64,000 nt of DNA from Candidatus Danuiimicrobium aquiferis (GCA_001804285.1 MHFR01000063.1:38901-102900); one strand, 5' to 3'. Numbered from the stretch's first letter, positions 29,430-38,706 are shown. A program made the numbers and translations. Notes: generated by a model not told the origin, from the sequence alone.

Positions 29430-31072
29430 GTGATCAAACCCTTTGGTATAAAGATGCGATTATTTATGAGCTTCATGTAAAAACTTTTTTTGACAGTAAT
29501 CAGAATGGTTATGGCGATTTTCCGGGATTAACCCAAAAACTGGATTATCTCCAGGACCTTGGTATTAATTGCATCTGGCTTCTTCCGTTTTATAAGACGC
29601 CGATGAAAGACGACGGTTACGATATTTCTGATTTTATGGAAGTTTCGCCAGAGTATGGGGTGTTACGCGATTTCCAGGATTTTGTTAAAGAAGCACACCA
29701 CCGCGGAATAAAAGTCCTCATTGAACTTGTTTTGAATCATACCTCAGATCAACATCCATGGTTTCAGGAAGCAAGGGCATTCCGGACCTCAAAAAAAAGA
29801 GATTATTATGTTTGGAGTGACGATCCACAAAAATACAAAGATGCCAGGATTATTTTTACCGATACAGAAAAATCCAACTGGACCTATGACCCACCGTCCG
29901 GCCAGTATTACTGGCATCGCTTCTTCAGTTATCAGCCGGATCTTAATTACGAGAATCCCGAAGTCCGGAAGGCAATGCATGATGTCCTGTTTTTTTGGTT
30001 GAAAATGGGTGTCGATGGTTTTCGACTCGATGCGGTCCCATACCTCTTTGAGGAAGAAGGAACGAATTGTGAAAATCTGCCGCGCACGCACGCTTATCTT
30101 AAAGAACTTCGGCTCCAGTTGGACAAGTCGTTCAAGGACAAAGTCCTGCTTGCGGAAGCGAATCAATGGCCTGCGGATGTGAGTCCCTATTTTGGAAGCG
30201 GTGATGAATGTCATATGGCTTTTCATTTCCCGCTCATGCCGCGAATCTTTATGGCAATACGTAAAGAGGATAACACGCCAATCCTTGAGATCATGCGGCA
30301 AACCCCGCCTATTCCTGATAATTGCCAATGGGCGCTATTTTTACGCAATCATGATGAATTGACACTTGAAATGGTGACGCAGGAAGAACGGGATTATATG
30401 TACAAGGAATATGCGGTAGATCCGAGGGCAAGACTGAACCTTGGAATCCGCCGACGGTTAGCGCCGCTCATGGACAATGGTAGAAGACAAATGGAGCTTT
30501 TGAACAGCCTTCTTTTTAGCTTGCCGGGAACGCCCATTATTTATTACGGGGATGAGATCGGCATGGGAGATAATGTCTATCTCGGGGACAGGAACGGTGT
30601 CAGAACACCGATGCAGTGGAACGGAAATAAAAATGCGGGATTTTCGACGGTAGACGCTGAAAAGTTATATTCACCGGTGATTATAAATCCCGTGTATGGC
30701 TATCAAGCGATCAACGTGGAGGCCCAAAGCATGACCCATTCATCTTTCCTGAATTGGACGAAGAGGATGATTCGAGTCCGTAAGAGCTTAAAGGCATTTG
30801 GTCGCGGAACACTCGAATTTCTTCAGCACAATAATCCGAAGATCCTGGCATATATGAGGACCTATGAGGACGAAACGCTCCTTATCGTGAATAATCTTTC
30901 CCGATATGTGCAGCCGGTTGAACTGGATTTAAAAAAATATAATCGATGGGAACCGCTCGAGCTTTGGGGAAATGTAAAATTTCCGAAAATAGGGGAGCTT
31001 CCTTACTTTTTAACCCTCGGACCCCACAGCTTCTATTGGTTCCGGTTGAATAGACCTTCCGAGAATAAGTGA
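29426..31072 (+). CDS. treS: trehalose synthase / maltose alpha-D-glucosyltransferase (GH13)
   Basis: The N-terminus WYKDAIIYELHVKTFFDSNQNGYGDFPGLTQKLDYLQDLGINCIWLLPFY and the HTSDQHPWFQEAR and GVDGFRLDAV segments match TreS and GH13 motifs. There is a 4-nt ATGA overlap with otsB. Confidence 0.85.
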   Translation: MSDQTLWYKDAIIYELHVKTFFDSNQNGYGDFPGLTQKLDYLQDLGINCIWLLPFYKTPMKDDGYDISDFMEVSPEYGVLRDFQDFVKEAHHRGIKVLIELVLNHTSDQHPWFQEARAFRTSKKRDYYVWSDDPQKYKDARIIFTDTEKSNWTYDPPSGQYYWHRFFSYQPDLNYENPEVRKAMHDVLFFWLKMGVDGFRLDAVPYLFEEEGTNCENLPRTHAYLKELRLQLDKSFKDKVLLAEANQWPADVSPYFGSGDECHMAFHFPLMPRIFMAIRKEDNTPILEIMRQTPPIPDNCQWALFLRNHDELTLEMVTQEERDYMYKEYAVDPRARLNLGIRRRLAPLMDNGRRQMELLNSLLFSLPGTPIIYYGDEIGMGDNVYLGDRNGVRTPMQWNGNKNAGFSTVDAEKLYSPVIINPVYGYQAINVEAQSMTHSSFLNWTKRMIRVRKSLKAFGRGTLEFLQHNNPKILAYMRTYEDETLLIVNNLSRYVQPVELDLKKYNRWEPLELWGNVKFPKIGELPYFLTLGPHSFYWFRLNRPSENK

Positions 31073-31354
31073 TCGGAGAGACATGCGATGTTTGATGTTT
31101 CGTGGAATATATAATATAAAGGTGCCAGGAACCTTTTGCCTTTTGTTTTCACAATTAAAGGAGACACGCAGTATGCTCACATTGATTCAGCTGCATGTCC
31201 CCTTTAATTGAGAACGCGGAGGGATCCCATCCGGAGTTTGTTAGAAGTTGCTGGGGGTGAATCCATTCGGCAGCTGACCGGTTAACGCCTTCAGTCGGCT
31301 AAAGTATTACAAATAAAACTTGAGTTATCTAAGGTTGTAGTTTAGAATTCTCAT

Positions 31355-32524
31355 ATGGCATACATCCATCGTACCATCGAAAAAATGCTTTTGAGGGCAT
31401 CACATAATTTTCCCGCTCTGATCTTGACGGGACCCAGGCGATCAGGGAAAACCACGGTGTTGAAACGTTTTTTCGGGAAAGCGTCTTATTATCTTCTTGA
31501 AGATCCCGATATTATTGCTCAGGTAAAGGCGGATCCGCGTGCTTTCCTTGATCGCATAAAATTGCCTGTTATTTTGGATGAAATTCAAAACGTTCCGGAA
31601 CTCTTAAATTATATTCGGACACGTGTGGATGGTGCTCCCAGAAAAACGGGGCAGTGGTTCATTACCGGATCTCAGGAAATGTCTTTGATGAAGGGAGTTT
31701 CTGAGTCTATGGCTGGGCGGGCCGCCATATTTCATTTGTTGCCATTTTCAATAGAGGAAACGGAAAAAGTATCACTGATTTGCGGAGCTTTCCCCGAGGT
31801 CATTTCACGGCCCGCGGCTCATCGTGATTGGTTTCGGTCCTACATTCAAACCTATTTGGAAAGGGATGTTCGGTCGATCAGCTCTATCCGGAACCTCTCG
31901 ACTTTTCGTCGTTTTCTTGCGTTGTTGGCAAGTCGAACGGGACAAGTTTTGAATAAAACCGATTTGGCTGCTCCTCTTGGGGTTTCAATTCCAACCATTG
32001 CAGAATGGCTCAATATTCTTGAGGTGACAGCCCAAATTATTTTGGTGCCGCCTTTTTATGAAAATTTTGGGAAGCGGCTGATTAAATCCCCAAAGATTTA
32101 TTTTATGGATTCAGGGCTTATTTGTTATTTACTGGGTATCGAAACAGAAGCCATGTTGCATTCCTCTCCTTTTTTTGGCCCAATTTTTGAAAGCTTTGTT
32201 GCTTCTGAAATTGTGAAACATCAAGTGAATCATGGCAAGGAAAAGGCCCTTTATTACTTCCGGGATCAGCAAGGGCTTGAAGTGGATTTTGTGGTGTCGA
32301 GGGGGAATAATCAGCTCATTCTCCTTGAAGCTAAAGCTTCCAAGACGGTTTGGCCGGGTGATGCAGCAAAGATGCTCACGCTGCGAAAAAGTATTTCCAA
32401 GTATAGTTCTGATCTTTATGTGATTCACTTACCATCTAAGCAAATGCCCGGAACTGGGGTCGTAAATACTGGTGTGGGGGCTATTGCTTTTGACAAAATA
32501 TCTTCGATTCTTTCTGCAAAATGA
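31355..32524 (+). CDS. AAA+ ATPase with C-terminal DUF4143-like domain
   Basis: A P-loop (ILTGPRRSGKTT) and Walker B (VILDEIQ) are present. The family is frequently found in genomic islands. Confidence 0.7.
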   Translation: MAYIHRTIEKMLLRASHNFPALILTGPRRSGKTTVLKRFFGKASYYLLEDPDIIAQVKADPRAFLDRIKLPVILDEIQNVPELLNYIRTRVDGAPRKTGQWFITGSQEMSLMKGVSESMAGRAAIFHLLPFSIEETEKVSLICGAFPEVISRPAAHRDWFRSYIQTYLERDVRSISSIRNLSTFRRFLALLASRTGQVLNKTDLAAPLGVSIPTIAEWLNILEVTAQIILVPPFYENFGKRLIKSPKIYFMDSGLICYLLGIETEAMLHSSPFFGPIFESFVASEIVKHQVNHGKEKALYYFRDQQGLEVDFVVSRGNNQLILLEAKASKTVWPGDAAKMLTLRKSISKYSSDLYVIHLPSKQMPGTGVVNTGVGAIAFDKISSILSAK

Positions 32525-32688
32525 TTGTCACGAGAGGGTGTCAGCAAAACTGTCAGCACTTTCGCATGAAAATAGCGGAAAATAACGGTTTTTATCGCGC
32601 AATAATTTTCACAAAAAAATTCTCTAAGTGCATTATTTGTGGTATCATCCAACAAAATAAAACAAAAGTGGACAAAGGCCTCAGCAAA

Positions 32689-32737
32689 ATTCGCATTGTA
32701 GAGGCCAGGGGTTCAACTCCCCTCAGGTCCACCATTT
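32689..32737 (+). repeat. direct repeat of tRNA-Ala 3' 49 nt (att-like island boundary)
   Basis: ATTCGCATTGTAGAGGCCAGGGGTTCAACTCCCCTCAGGTCCACCATTT is identical to 24612-24660, running from the anticodon loop through the CCA end plus 3 nt. Confidence 0.8.
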
Positions 32738-32849
32738 TTTCCCCCGTGATCAGAGGGGAGTTGAAGGGAGCTCCGTAGATGCGACCTATTAAGGAGCATC
32801 TGAAACGGAGCGGGTGGCCGACCTGAAGTCACGAAGTGACGGAAGGCGC

Positions 32850-32873
32850 CAACTCCCCTCAGGTCCACCATTT
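32850..32873 (+). repeat. third, shorter copy of the tRNA-Ala 3' end
   Basis: CAACTCCCCTCAGGTCCACCATTT is 24 nt identical to the T-arm and acceptor 3' end of the tRNA. Confidence 0.7.
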
Positions 32874-33082
32874 ATTTGGGCAGAGCCTTCAGCAGCATAC
32901 CATATTGAATCCTCTTTCCGTTGATTAACCAATCGGGCTTTATAAGATCTTTAATCATAATTATTTGCATCATTTCGTTTCAAATGGTACACTTTTGTGG
33001 GAAGTTGTGCCCAAACTTGAAATGGAATTGAGTAATATGAAGGCTCATTTAATAACCCCACACGTTGTGGCGGAAGGGCGAG

Positions 33083-33898
33083 ATGGGAGTTCCAGGGTCA
33101 AAGGCGGAACGCATTAGTTTTGCAACGTCGAAAGAACATTTTGAGGAAGTTTTTAAGCTTGCCTATAAAGAATATTTGAGAAAAGGGTATTGTTCTCCTA
33201 ACCCTTGTGAAAGGCGAATCCCGATTTATAATGCACTTCCGGAGACTGTCACCTTTTGCCTTTGGCGCGGTGAAAATTTAGCTGGGACGGCGTCTCTTAT
33301 TTTGGATTCTCCGATTGGGCTTCCGATGGAAAAAGTATATCCTGACGAAATTCAGGTGCTTCGAACACAAGGAAGAAAAATGTGCGAAGTGTCGCTTCTT
33401 GCGCTTAATTCTGCGTTGATCAAGGAAGGGGTTTTCGCCATCTATTTTGCCGAGCGACTGCGGTGCCTTTATCAATTGTTCAAGCCGTTGTTTTGGTATG
33501 CGAAGGCAACCATCGGGTACACGGATCTTTGTATTGCGTGTAACCCGAAACATAAAGCGCTTTATACCTCATTACATTTCCAGCAATTTGGCGCAGAAAA
33601 GGTTTATGAATCGGTGAATGCAAATCCGTCGATTGCGATGCGTCTCGATTTTGATCAGGCAGAAGAACGGGTCAAGATGACACCGGGACTGCACAAACTT
33701 TTCTTTGGAACAAAATTGCAGCTTAAGCATGTTTCGGAAAATTTCAGGTGGTCGAAAGAGAATTTTATTTCTTTCTTTTGTGAGAAATCCGATGTGATTA
33801 AGAGCGCCAGCCCCAAAGAAATCGATTATTTAACAAAGTGTTATCCCGATTTTAAGATCGATGAATTGCGCATGCAATATAACCCATCGGCCGGATGA
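33083..33898 (+). CDS. GNAT-fold acyltransferase, possibly N-acyl amino acid synthase of the exosortase/PEP-CTERM-associated type
   Basis: A ~270-aa protein with an E-V-S-L-L-A-L strand resembling the ExSRLaV motif of LuxI/FeeM-like N-acyl synthases. Its stop overlaps the start of the PilZ gene (ATGA). Confidence 0.35.
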   Translation: MGVPGSKAERISFATSKEHFEEVFKLAYKEYLRKGYCSPNPCERRIPIYNALPETVTFCLWRGENLAGTASLILDSPIGLPMEKVYPDEIQVLRTQGRKMCEVSLLALNSALIKEGVFAIYFAERLRCLYQLFKPLFWYAKATIGYTDLCIACNPKHKALYTSLHFQQFGAEKVYESVNANPSIAMRLDFDQAEERVKMTPGLHKLFFGTKLQLKHVSENFRWSKENFISFFCEKSDVIKSASPKEIDYLTKCYPDFKIDELRMQYNPSAG

Positions 33899-34725
33899 AC
33901 GACATGGATTCGCCCGAATCAAGTCAAAATCCGCATGACTTACCGCGAGATCAGATACGCATTCCCGCCGGATTGAAAGCGAAATACCAGCAGGGCGATT
34001 CAGAGCCCCATGAGATTAAAATACAGAATATTTCAAGGGGCGGAATCTGTATGGAAGATCAGGTGCTTCTTCCCGAAGGGACTTGTCTTCATCTCTTGCT
34101 CAAGATCAAAGAGAAAGTCGTGGATGCTTACGGAGAGGTATCCTGGAGTGAGAAGCAGGAGTCCGGTTTTTTGCACGGGATTAAATTTACATTTATGGAT
34201 CAAGATTCGAGAGAATGGTTAAATGCGTTTGTGATGGATTGGGCGGCTGAATATATCGCGGAGAGTTTAGACTTTTCCGATATTGCCGAGATGGAAATTG
34301 ATATGGGAATTGAATGTGACAGTACTGTAGAGCGAAGGCATTATGCCAGATTAAGATTGCCACTCAGGGTTGATTTTAGTTTTTCCGGAACAACGAAATT
34401 TGTGCAAACTCAAACGCACGATTTATCTGAAGGCGGGTTGTGTTTTACGTGCGGGTTCAATTTGAGGAAAGACCAGGAATTGCATCTATGGCTCTGGTTA
34501 AGTGCAACCGAAGAAATTCACATTAGAGGAATTGTCCGTCATACGAGTAAGCGGTATGCAGAAGGAAAAACCATCTACTTTCACGGTGTTGAATTTTTGA
34601 TCATAGAGGATTCGAGCAGGTCAAGATTTTCCGAATTTCTTGCTCAGAAACGGTCCGAATTAGCTGCGATTGAAGTTTCCCTTGATGATATTATCTCCCA
34701 AGGCGACCGGCCGGAATTGCCGTAA
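33895..34725 (+). CDS. tandem PilZ domain protein
   Basis: Two PilZ modules are present. Module 1 has RDQIRIP..QNISRGGICM and module 2 has RRHYARLRLP..HDLSEGGLCF. Confidence 0.7.
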   Translation: MNDMDSPESSQNPHDLPRDQIRIPAGLKAKYQQGDSEPHEIKIQNISRGGICMEDQVLLPEGTCLHLLLKIKEKVVDAYGEVSWSEKQESGFLHGIKFTFMDQDSREWLNAFVMDWAAEYIAESLDFSDIAEMEIDMGIECDSTVERRHYARLRLPLRVDFSFSGTTKFVQTQTHDLSEGGLCFTCGFNLRKDQELHLWLWLSATEEIHIRGIVRHTSKRYAEGKTIYFHGVEFLIIEDSSRSRFSEFLAQKRSELAAIEVSLDDIISQGDRPELP

Positions 34726-34818
34726 TAGTATTTTTTCCCCTGCGAAGTAATTGAAATGCGCCCCCCTCTCCCTCAGTGAGAGGGCAGGGGTGAGGGGCAA
34801 AAGAGAACTTCAGAACGG

Positions 34819-34966
34819 TATTTAGCGTTTTGAAGTGATTATCTGGAAAGGGCACCCGTTTTTTTGTCATTCCCGCGAAAGCGGGAATCCAGAATCAGCT
34901 GGATGCCCGCTTAAAACATGCGGGCATGACAGGGTTTCTATGTGTGCCACTTCAAAACGCTAAACA
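34819..34966. mobile_element. MITE-like palindromic repeat, full copy, inverted orientation relative to the 1636 copy
   Basis: TIRs TATTTAGCGTTTTGAAGTG and CACTTCAAAACGCTAAACAA flank GTCATTCCCGCgaaaGCGGGAATCC and GGATGCCCGCttaaaacatGCGGGCATGACA. Confidence 0.65.
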
Positions 34967-35288
34967 ATTACTCAGAACGATCAAAAAACATAACAGATAT
35001 GATGGCTCATAATTTAAACAAATGTCTAATAAAATGGACATATTTGGATTTTGTGAGTTTTATTTTTTAGCTCGCCGAAAAACCGCTCATTCGTAAATCC
35101 TTGTTTTAAAACTACTTGCGAAAATCTTATTAAAATGTTTTAATTATGGCCGATATGGCATGTTTCATGCATTAACTGGGACCTTCCCGGACAAGGTTGG
35201 ACATTTCCGGAAAAGATAAACTTGATATTACTATTAATAATAACGATTGGTAGAAATAAAAATAATATAATCGAGGAGGTTCTGTAAC

Positions 35289-35474
35289 GTGGACGGGCGA
35301 ATGACGATTACGGATGTGGCCGAACAGGTGGGAGTCACACCAAAGACTCTGATCCGTTGGGAAAAGAACGGAAAAATTAAAAAACCAAAGAGAGATTTCA
35401 AAGGGTGGAGGACTTACGCTAAAGAGGATGTGGATGCGATTCAGCGTTTGATCGATTCTGTTTATGAAGTTTGA
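35289..35474 (+). CDS. MerR/excisionase-family helix-turn-helix DNA-binding protein
   Basis: TITDVAEQVGVTPKTLIRWEKNG is an HTH typical of the MerR N-terminus or excisionase family. The 61-aa ORF has an RBS GAGGAGG and is preceded by an AT-rich promoter region. Confidence 0.6.
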   Translation: MDGRMTITDVAEQVGVTPKTLIRWEKNGKIKKPKRDFKGWRTYAKEDVDAIQRLIDSVYEV

Positions 35475-35512
35475 GGATATTTTAAGATATTTTGAAAGAG
35501 AGGTACTTTAGC

Positions 35513-36499
35513 ATGAAGTTTATGAGAGTAATTGGATTAGTCGTTCTATTATTTTTATATCATGTCGGTGTGCACGCAGAAGATTCCTTAATGTATGCTG
35601 GATCCGGTTCTGATGTGGATGGTTCGGGAAACAATCGTGTCCAACGAGGAACGACCTCGTTAACTCCTGTAAATCAAAATACAAATTATGGAGGAGAATA
35701 TCCGCCATACGCCAGTTTCATGCAATCGCCATACGGACAAACGGGTTCATTTTATCAGTCTCCTTATGATAACGCCGGCTATGGTTCTCAGATGGCGGGG
35801 CAACAGGGTCCGAATATGAATGTCGATCCTTTCGGAGCATCTGAAGTTTCGCCGTACTCTCATTACTCACCGTATATAGAAGTCATCGGGGAAGGATCTG
35901 ATTATACGCTTGGAACGGACGATGTGGTGACCATTGTTGTGCGCAACCAGCCTGATTTTTCCGGCCGTTTTGTTGTCGATCCGGAAGGAAAAGTTCAATA
36001 CAACTTTGTCGGAGATATTCCGGCCGCGGGGAAGACAAAAGAAGAGTTGAAAGCGGATATTACGAAAGCACTCCGGAAGTTTGTGCGTTATCCGGAAGTG
36101 GCTGTGATGATTTCCGAATACCGGAGCAAGGCGGTTTATGTGTTCGGTTTTGTGAACGCGCCCGGTAAATATGCGATGAAGGGAAATAAAATTTCCGTGA
36201 AAGAAGCGATTGTCGCGGCAGGGCTTCCGAGAATGGATGGCTCCTTGAATAAAGTGTATGTGATTCGTCCGTCCGATTTTACGAAAGACGGAAAACCGGC
36301 TAAAAAACAAGTCGATTTGAAGAATCTACTGATTAAAGGAGATTCGACGGATAATTTTCTTCTTGAACCGGGCGATACGATTGTAGTGAATCAAAAATAC
36401 TTTGATAAGTTTGTAAACGCGTTTTCGAGGCTGGTCGGCCCTGTGTTTCAAGCCGCTGCGGTGTATGAGTTAGGGGATGGCTTTATCAAGAAGGATTAA
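35513..36499 (+). CDS. polysaccharide export protein (Wza-like, PEP-CTERM-locus type)
   Basis: A signal peptide (MKFMRVIGLVVLLFLYHVGVHA) is followed by a Poly_export/SLBB-like region (GDTIVVNQKY). Confidence 0.7.
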   Translation: MKFMRVIGLVVLLFLYHVGVHAEDSLMYAGSGSDVDGSGNNRVQRGTTSLTPVNQNTNYGGEYPPYASFMQSPYGQTGSFYQSPYDNAGYGSQMAGQQGPNMNVDPFGASEVSPYSHYSPYIEVIGEGSDYTLGTDDVVTIVVRNQPDFSGRFVVDPEGKVQYNFVGDIPAAGKTKEELKADITKALRKFVRYPEVAVMISEYRSKAVYVFGFVNAPGKYAMKGNKISVKEAIVAAGLPRMDGSLNKVYVIRPSDFTKDGKPAKKQVDLKNLLIKGDSTDNFLLEPGDTIVVNQKYFDKFVNAFSRLVGPVFQAAAVYELGDGFIKKD

Positions 36500-36507
36500 C
36501 GATTGAG

Positions 36508-36639
36508 ATGACGATGAAGAAAAAAGGCATGCTTAAAATAGGCAGTTTATATGTGATGTATTTTTGGCCGCTTCTGATTGCTGCGGGCAGGGTTGCGACA
36601 CGAATTGTTTTGAATCTTTGGGATATGATTGAAAGTTAG
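36508..36639 (+). CDS. possible small membrane protein (43 aa)
   Basis: MTMKKKGMLKIGSLYVMYFWPLLIAAGRVATRIVLNLWDMIES has a single hydrophobic helix. It lies in the Wza-Wzz intergenic region and is not in the ORF track (<60 aa). Confidence 0.25.
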   Translation: MTMKKKGMLKIGSLYVMYFWPLLIAAGRVATRIVLNLWDMIES

Positions 36640-36668
36640 AATTTTTTTGGGAAAAGGAGATCACGAAA

Positions 36669-37883
36669 GTGAATCTACAAAGCGTTGGTCATAGTTTAAG
36701 GTTGCGAGAATATTATTATATGGCTGTCCGCCATAAATTTTATATTTTTCTCTCGATCGCAGTATCTTTGCTCGTCGCGATTAACATGGTGCTATTTCTG
36801 CCGAGGACCTATCGCGCGGAAACAATCCTGCTGGTTGAACAGGAAAACATGTTAAATCCTTTGATTAGCAATTTAGCGGTGATGCCGAGCATTGCCGGCC
36901 GGATGAAGACGCTACGCGATGAACTTCTTTCTTGGCAGAGAATTACGTTGCTGGTTGAGAAGTTGAAGCTGGATAAAAATATAAAAGGGACATACGAATA
37001 CGAACAATTGATTAAAAGTCTGCGGAGCCGGATTGGAATTAAAATGCGCGGTTACGATATTATTACGGTTAGTTTTGAAGGGCCGGATCCGAAAAAAGCG
37101 CAGGAGATTGTTCAGACACTTGGAGATATTATTATCGAAGGCAATATTACCTCGACGAACTTAGAAGCGGATGGCGCCATTAATTTTATTGATGATCAAT
37201 TAGCGGCATATCGGAAGAGACTGGAAGAGTCCGAGGTCAACCTTCGCGAATTTAAGGAAGTTTATAACCATACCCTTCCGGTGGCGACCCGGTTAAACGA
37301 AGAATTAGTATCTCTCAAGATGGAACTCAATCGCTTGCTCGTTGACAATACGGAAGAGCATCCTCGCGTGATTCAAACGCGCGCCTTGATTACACAGCTT
37401 GAAAAACAACGCGATGAAAATATGTCCCAGGCGAAGGAAGAGGGCGTCAAAATTGATCCTGCAGAATATGCCCGTTTGGTTTCGAGTGTTCCGCGCCAGG
37501 AACAGGAGCTTTCAAAGTTGCAGCGTGATTATGCGGTCAATGCCCGGATTTATGAATCGTTGTTGCAGAAATTGGAGACCGCAAAAATTTCACAAACCCT
37601 TGAAAATTCGGACAAAGGTACCAAGTTTCGGATTTTGGAGCCTGCCCGTTTACCTTTGTCACCTATAAAACCCAATAAACCGCTCATTCTTTTAGCGGGG
37701 TTATTTATAGGATTGATTTTGGGTGGGGTTATTATTTATGTTTTGGAACTCAATGATAATTCAATCAAAAATATCGATGAAGCGACGCTGCTTTTGGATT
37801 TCCCGATTTTCGGTGCGATTGCGACGATTCGGCCCGAAGAGTTGATTATGGAACAAAAACTAAGGAGTGAAGCCAGTGTATAA
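36669..37883 (+). CDS. polysaccharide chain-length determinant protein (Wzz/GumC-like)
   Basis: A GTG start follows an AAGGAG RBS. N- and C-terminal TM helices flank a coiled-coil periplasmic region, and a tyrosine kinase gene is encoded downstream. Confidence 0.7.
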   Translation: MNLQSVGHSLRLREYYYMAVRHKFYIFLSIAVSLLVAINMVLFLPRTYRAETILLVEQENMLNPLISNLAVMPSIAGRMKTLRDELLSWQRITLLVEKLKLDKNIKGTYEYEQLIKSLRSRIGIKMRGYDIITVSFEGPDPKKAQEIVQTLGDIIIEGNITSTNLEADGAINFIDDQLAAYRKRLEESEVNLREFKEVYNHTLPVATRLNEELVSLKMELNRLLVDNTEEHPRVIQTRALITQLEKQRDENMSQAKEEGVKIDPAEYARLVSSVPRQEQELSKLQRDYAVNARIYESLLQKLETAKISQTLENSDKGTKFRILEPARLPLSPIKPNKPLILLAGLFIGLILGGVIIYVLELNDNSIKNIDEATLLLDFPIFGAIATIRPEELIMEQKLRSEASV

Positions 37884-38694
37884 TCATTTTTACGGATTTC
37901 GCGAGAACCCATTTAATCAAACGCCCGATTCGGCATTTTTCTATCCGTCGGAAAAGCATAAAGCGGCGCTGGATGCCATTATGTTTGCGGTCAAACAATA
38001 CAAAGGCTTTGTTGTGATTACCGGCGAGATTGGCTGCGGTAAAACGACGGTCGTCCGGACGCTTTTGAATAAAATGCAGGGGAAACTGAAAACAGCGATG
38101 ATCACCAATACGCATCTTTCACCGAAAGGTGTGTTAACGATGATTCTTGAAGATTTGGGGGTTGAGTATCGCGAAGGCGCAAAGGATAAATTGCTTTTAC
38201 GGTTATATGATTATTTAATTCAGCAGGCGCGCGAAGGGATGAACGTCGTTTTAATTATTGATGAAGCGCAGAATTTGAACCAGACGTGTCTTGAAGAAAT
38301 CCGGATGCTTTCCAATTTGGAAACCGAAAAAGAAAAATTAGTTCAGATCGTATTGGTCGGCCAGCCGGAACTCCGGAAAAAACTCGAGCTTCCGAACCTG
38401 GAACAGCTCCGGCAGCGGATTTCGATTCATTATCATTTAACGCCTCTCGGCGAACGGGAAACAAAGGCGTATATCCTTCACCGGTTAAATGTGGCGAAAA
38501 TGAATGGCGTAGGTTATGAATCGTTGTTTAATGAAGAAGCTTATGAAAGTATTTACCGGTTGTCACGGGGCATTCCTCGAATGATCAACCATGTTTGCGA
38601 TCATGCACTTCTAACGGGGTGTTTGATGGAAGCCAGAATTGTCACGAAAGAAATTGTTGAAGAGACAATGTCAGAAATTTGTATACGGGGGTAA
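37867..38694 (+). CDS. ExeA/GspA-like AAA ATPase (PEP-CTERM locus secretion ATPase type)
   Basis: The N-terminus YGFRENPFNQTPDSAFFYPSEKH matches ExeA. A P-loop (GEIGCGKTT) and Walker B (LIIDEAQNL) are present. Confidence 0.7.
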   Translation: MKPVYNHFYGFRENPFNQTPDSAFFYPSEKHKAALDAIMFAVKQYKGFVVITGEIGCGKTTVVRTLLNKMQGKLKTAMITNTHLSPKGVLTMILEDLGVEYREGAKDKLLLRLYDYLIQQAREGMNVVLIIDEAQNLNQTCLEEIRMLSNLETEKEKLVQIVLVGQPELRKKLELPNLEQLRQRISIHYHLTPLGERETKAYILHRLNVAKMNGVGYESLFNEEAYESIYRLSRGIPRMINHVCDHALLTGCLMEARIVTKEIVEETMSEICIRG

Positions 38695-38706
38695 TCATTA
38701 CAACAA

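Noticed and set aside
31355-32524. DUF4143 AAA ATPase as the island integrase/excisionase
   Set aside because: It has a P-loop NTPase fold with no recombinase catalytic motifs (no R..HxxR..Y tyrosine-recombinase signature), so it cannot account for the att duplications.
32425-32778. ORFs 32425..32655- and 32521..32778+ in the ORF track
   Set aside because: They overlap the arm-type repeat and the tRNA 3'-end direct repeat; the translated frame of the att copy reads FALRPGVQLPSGPPFFPP. They are therefore non-coding.
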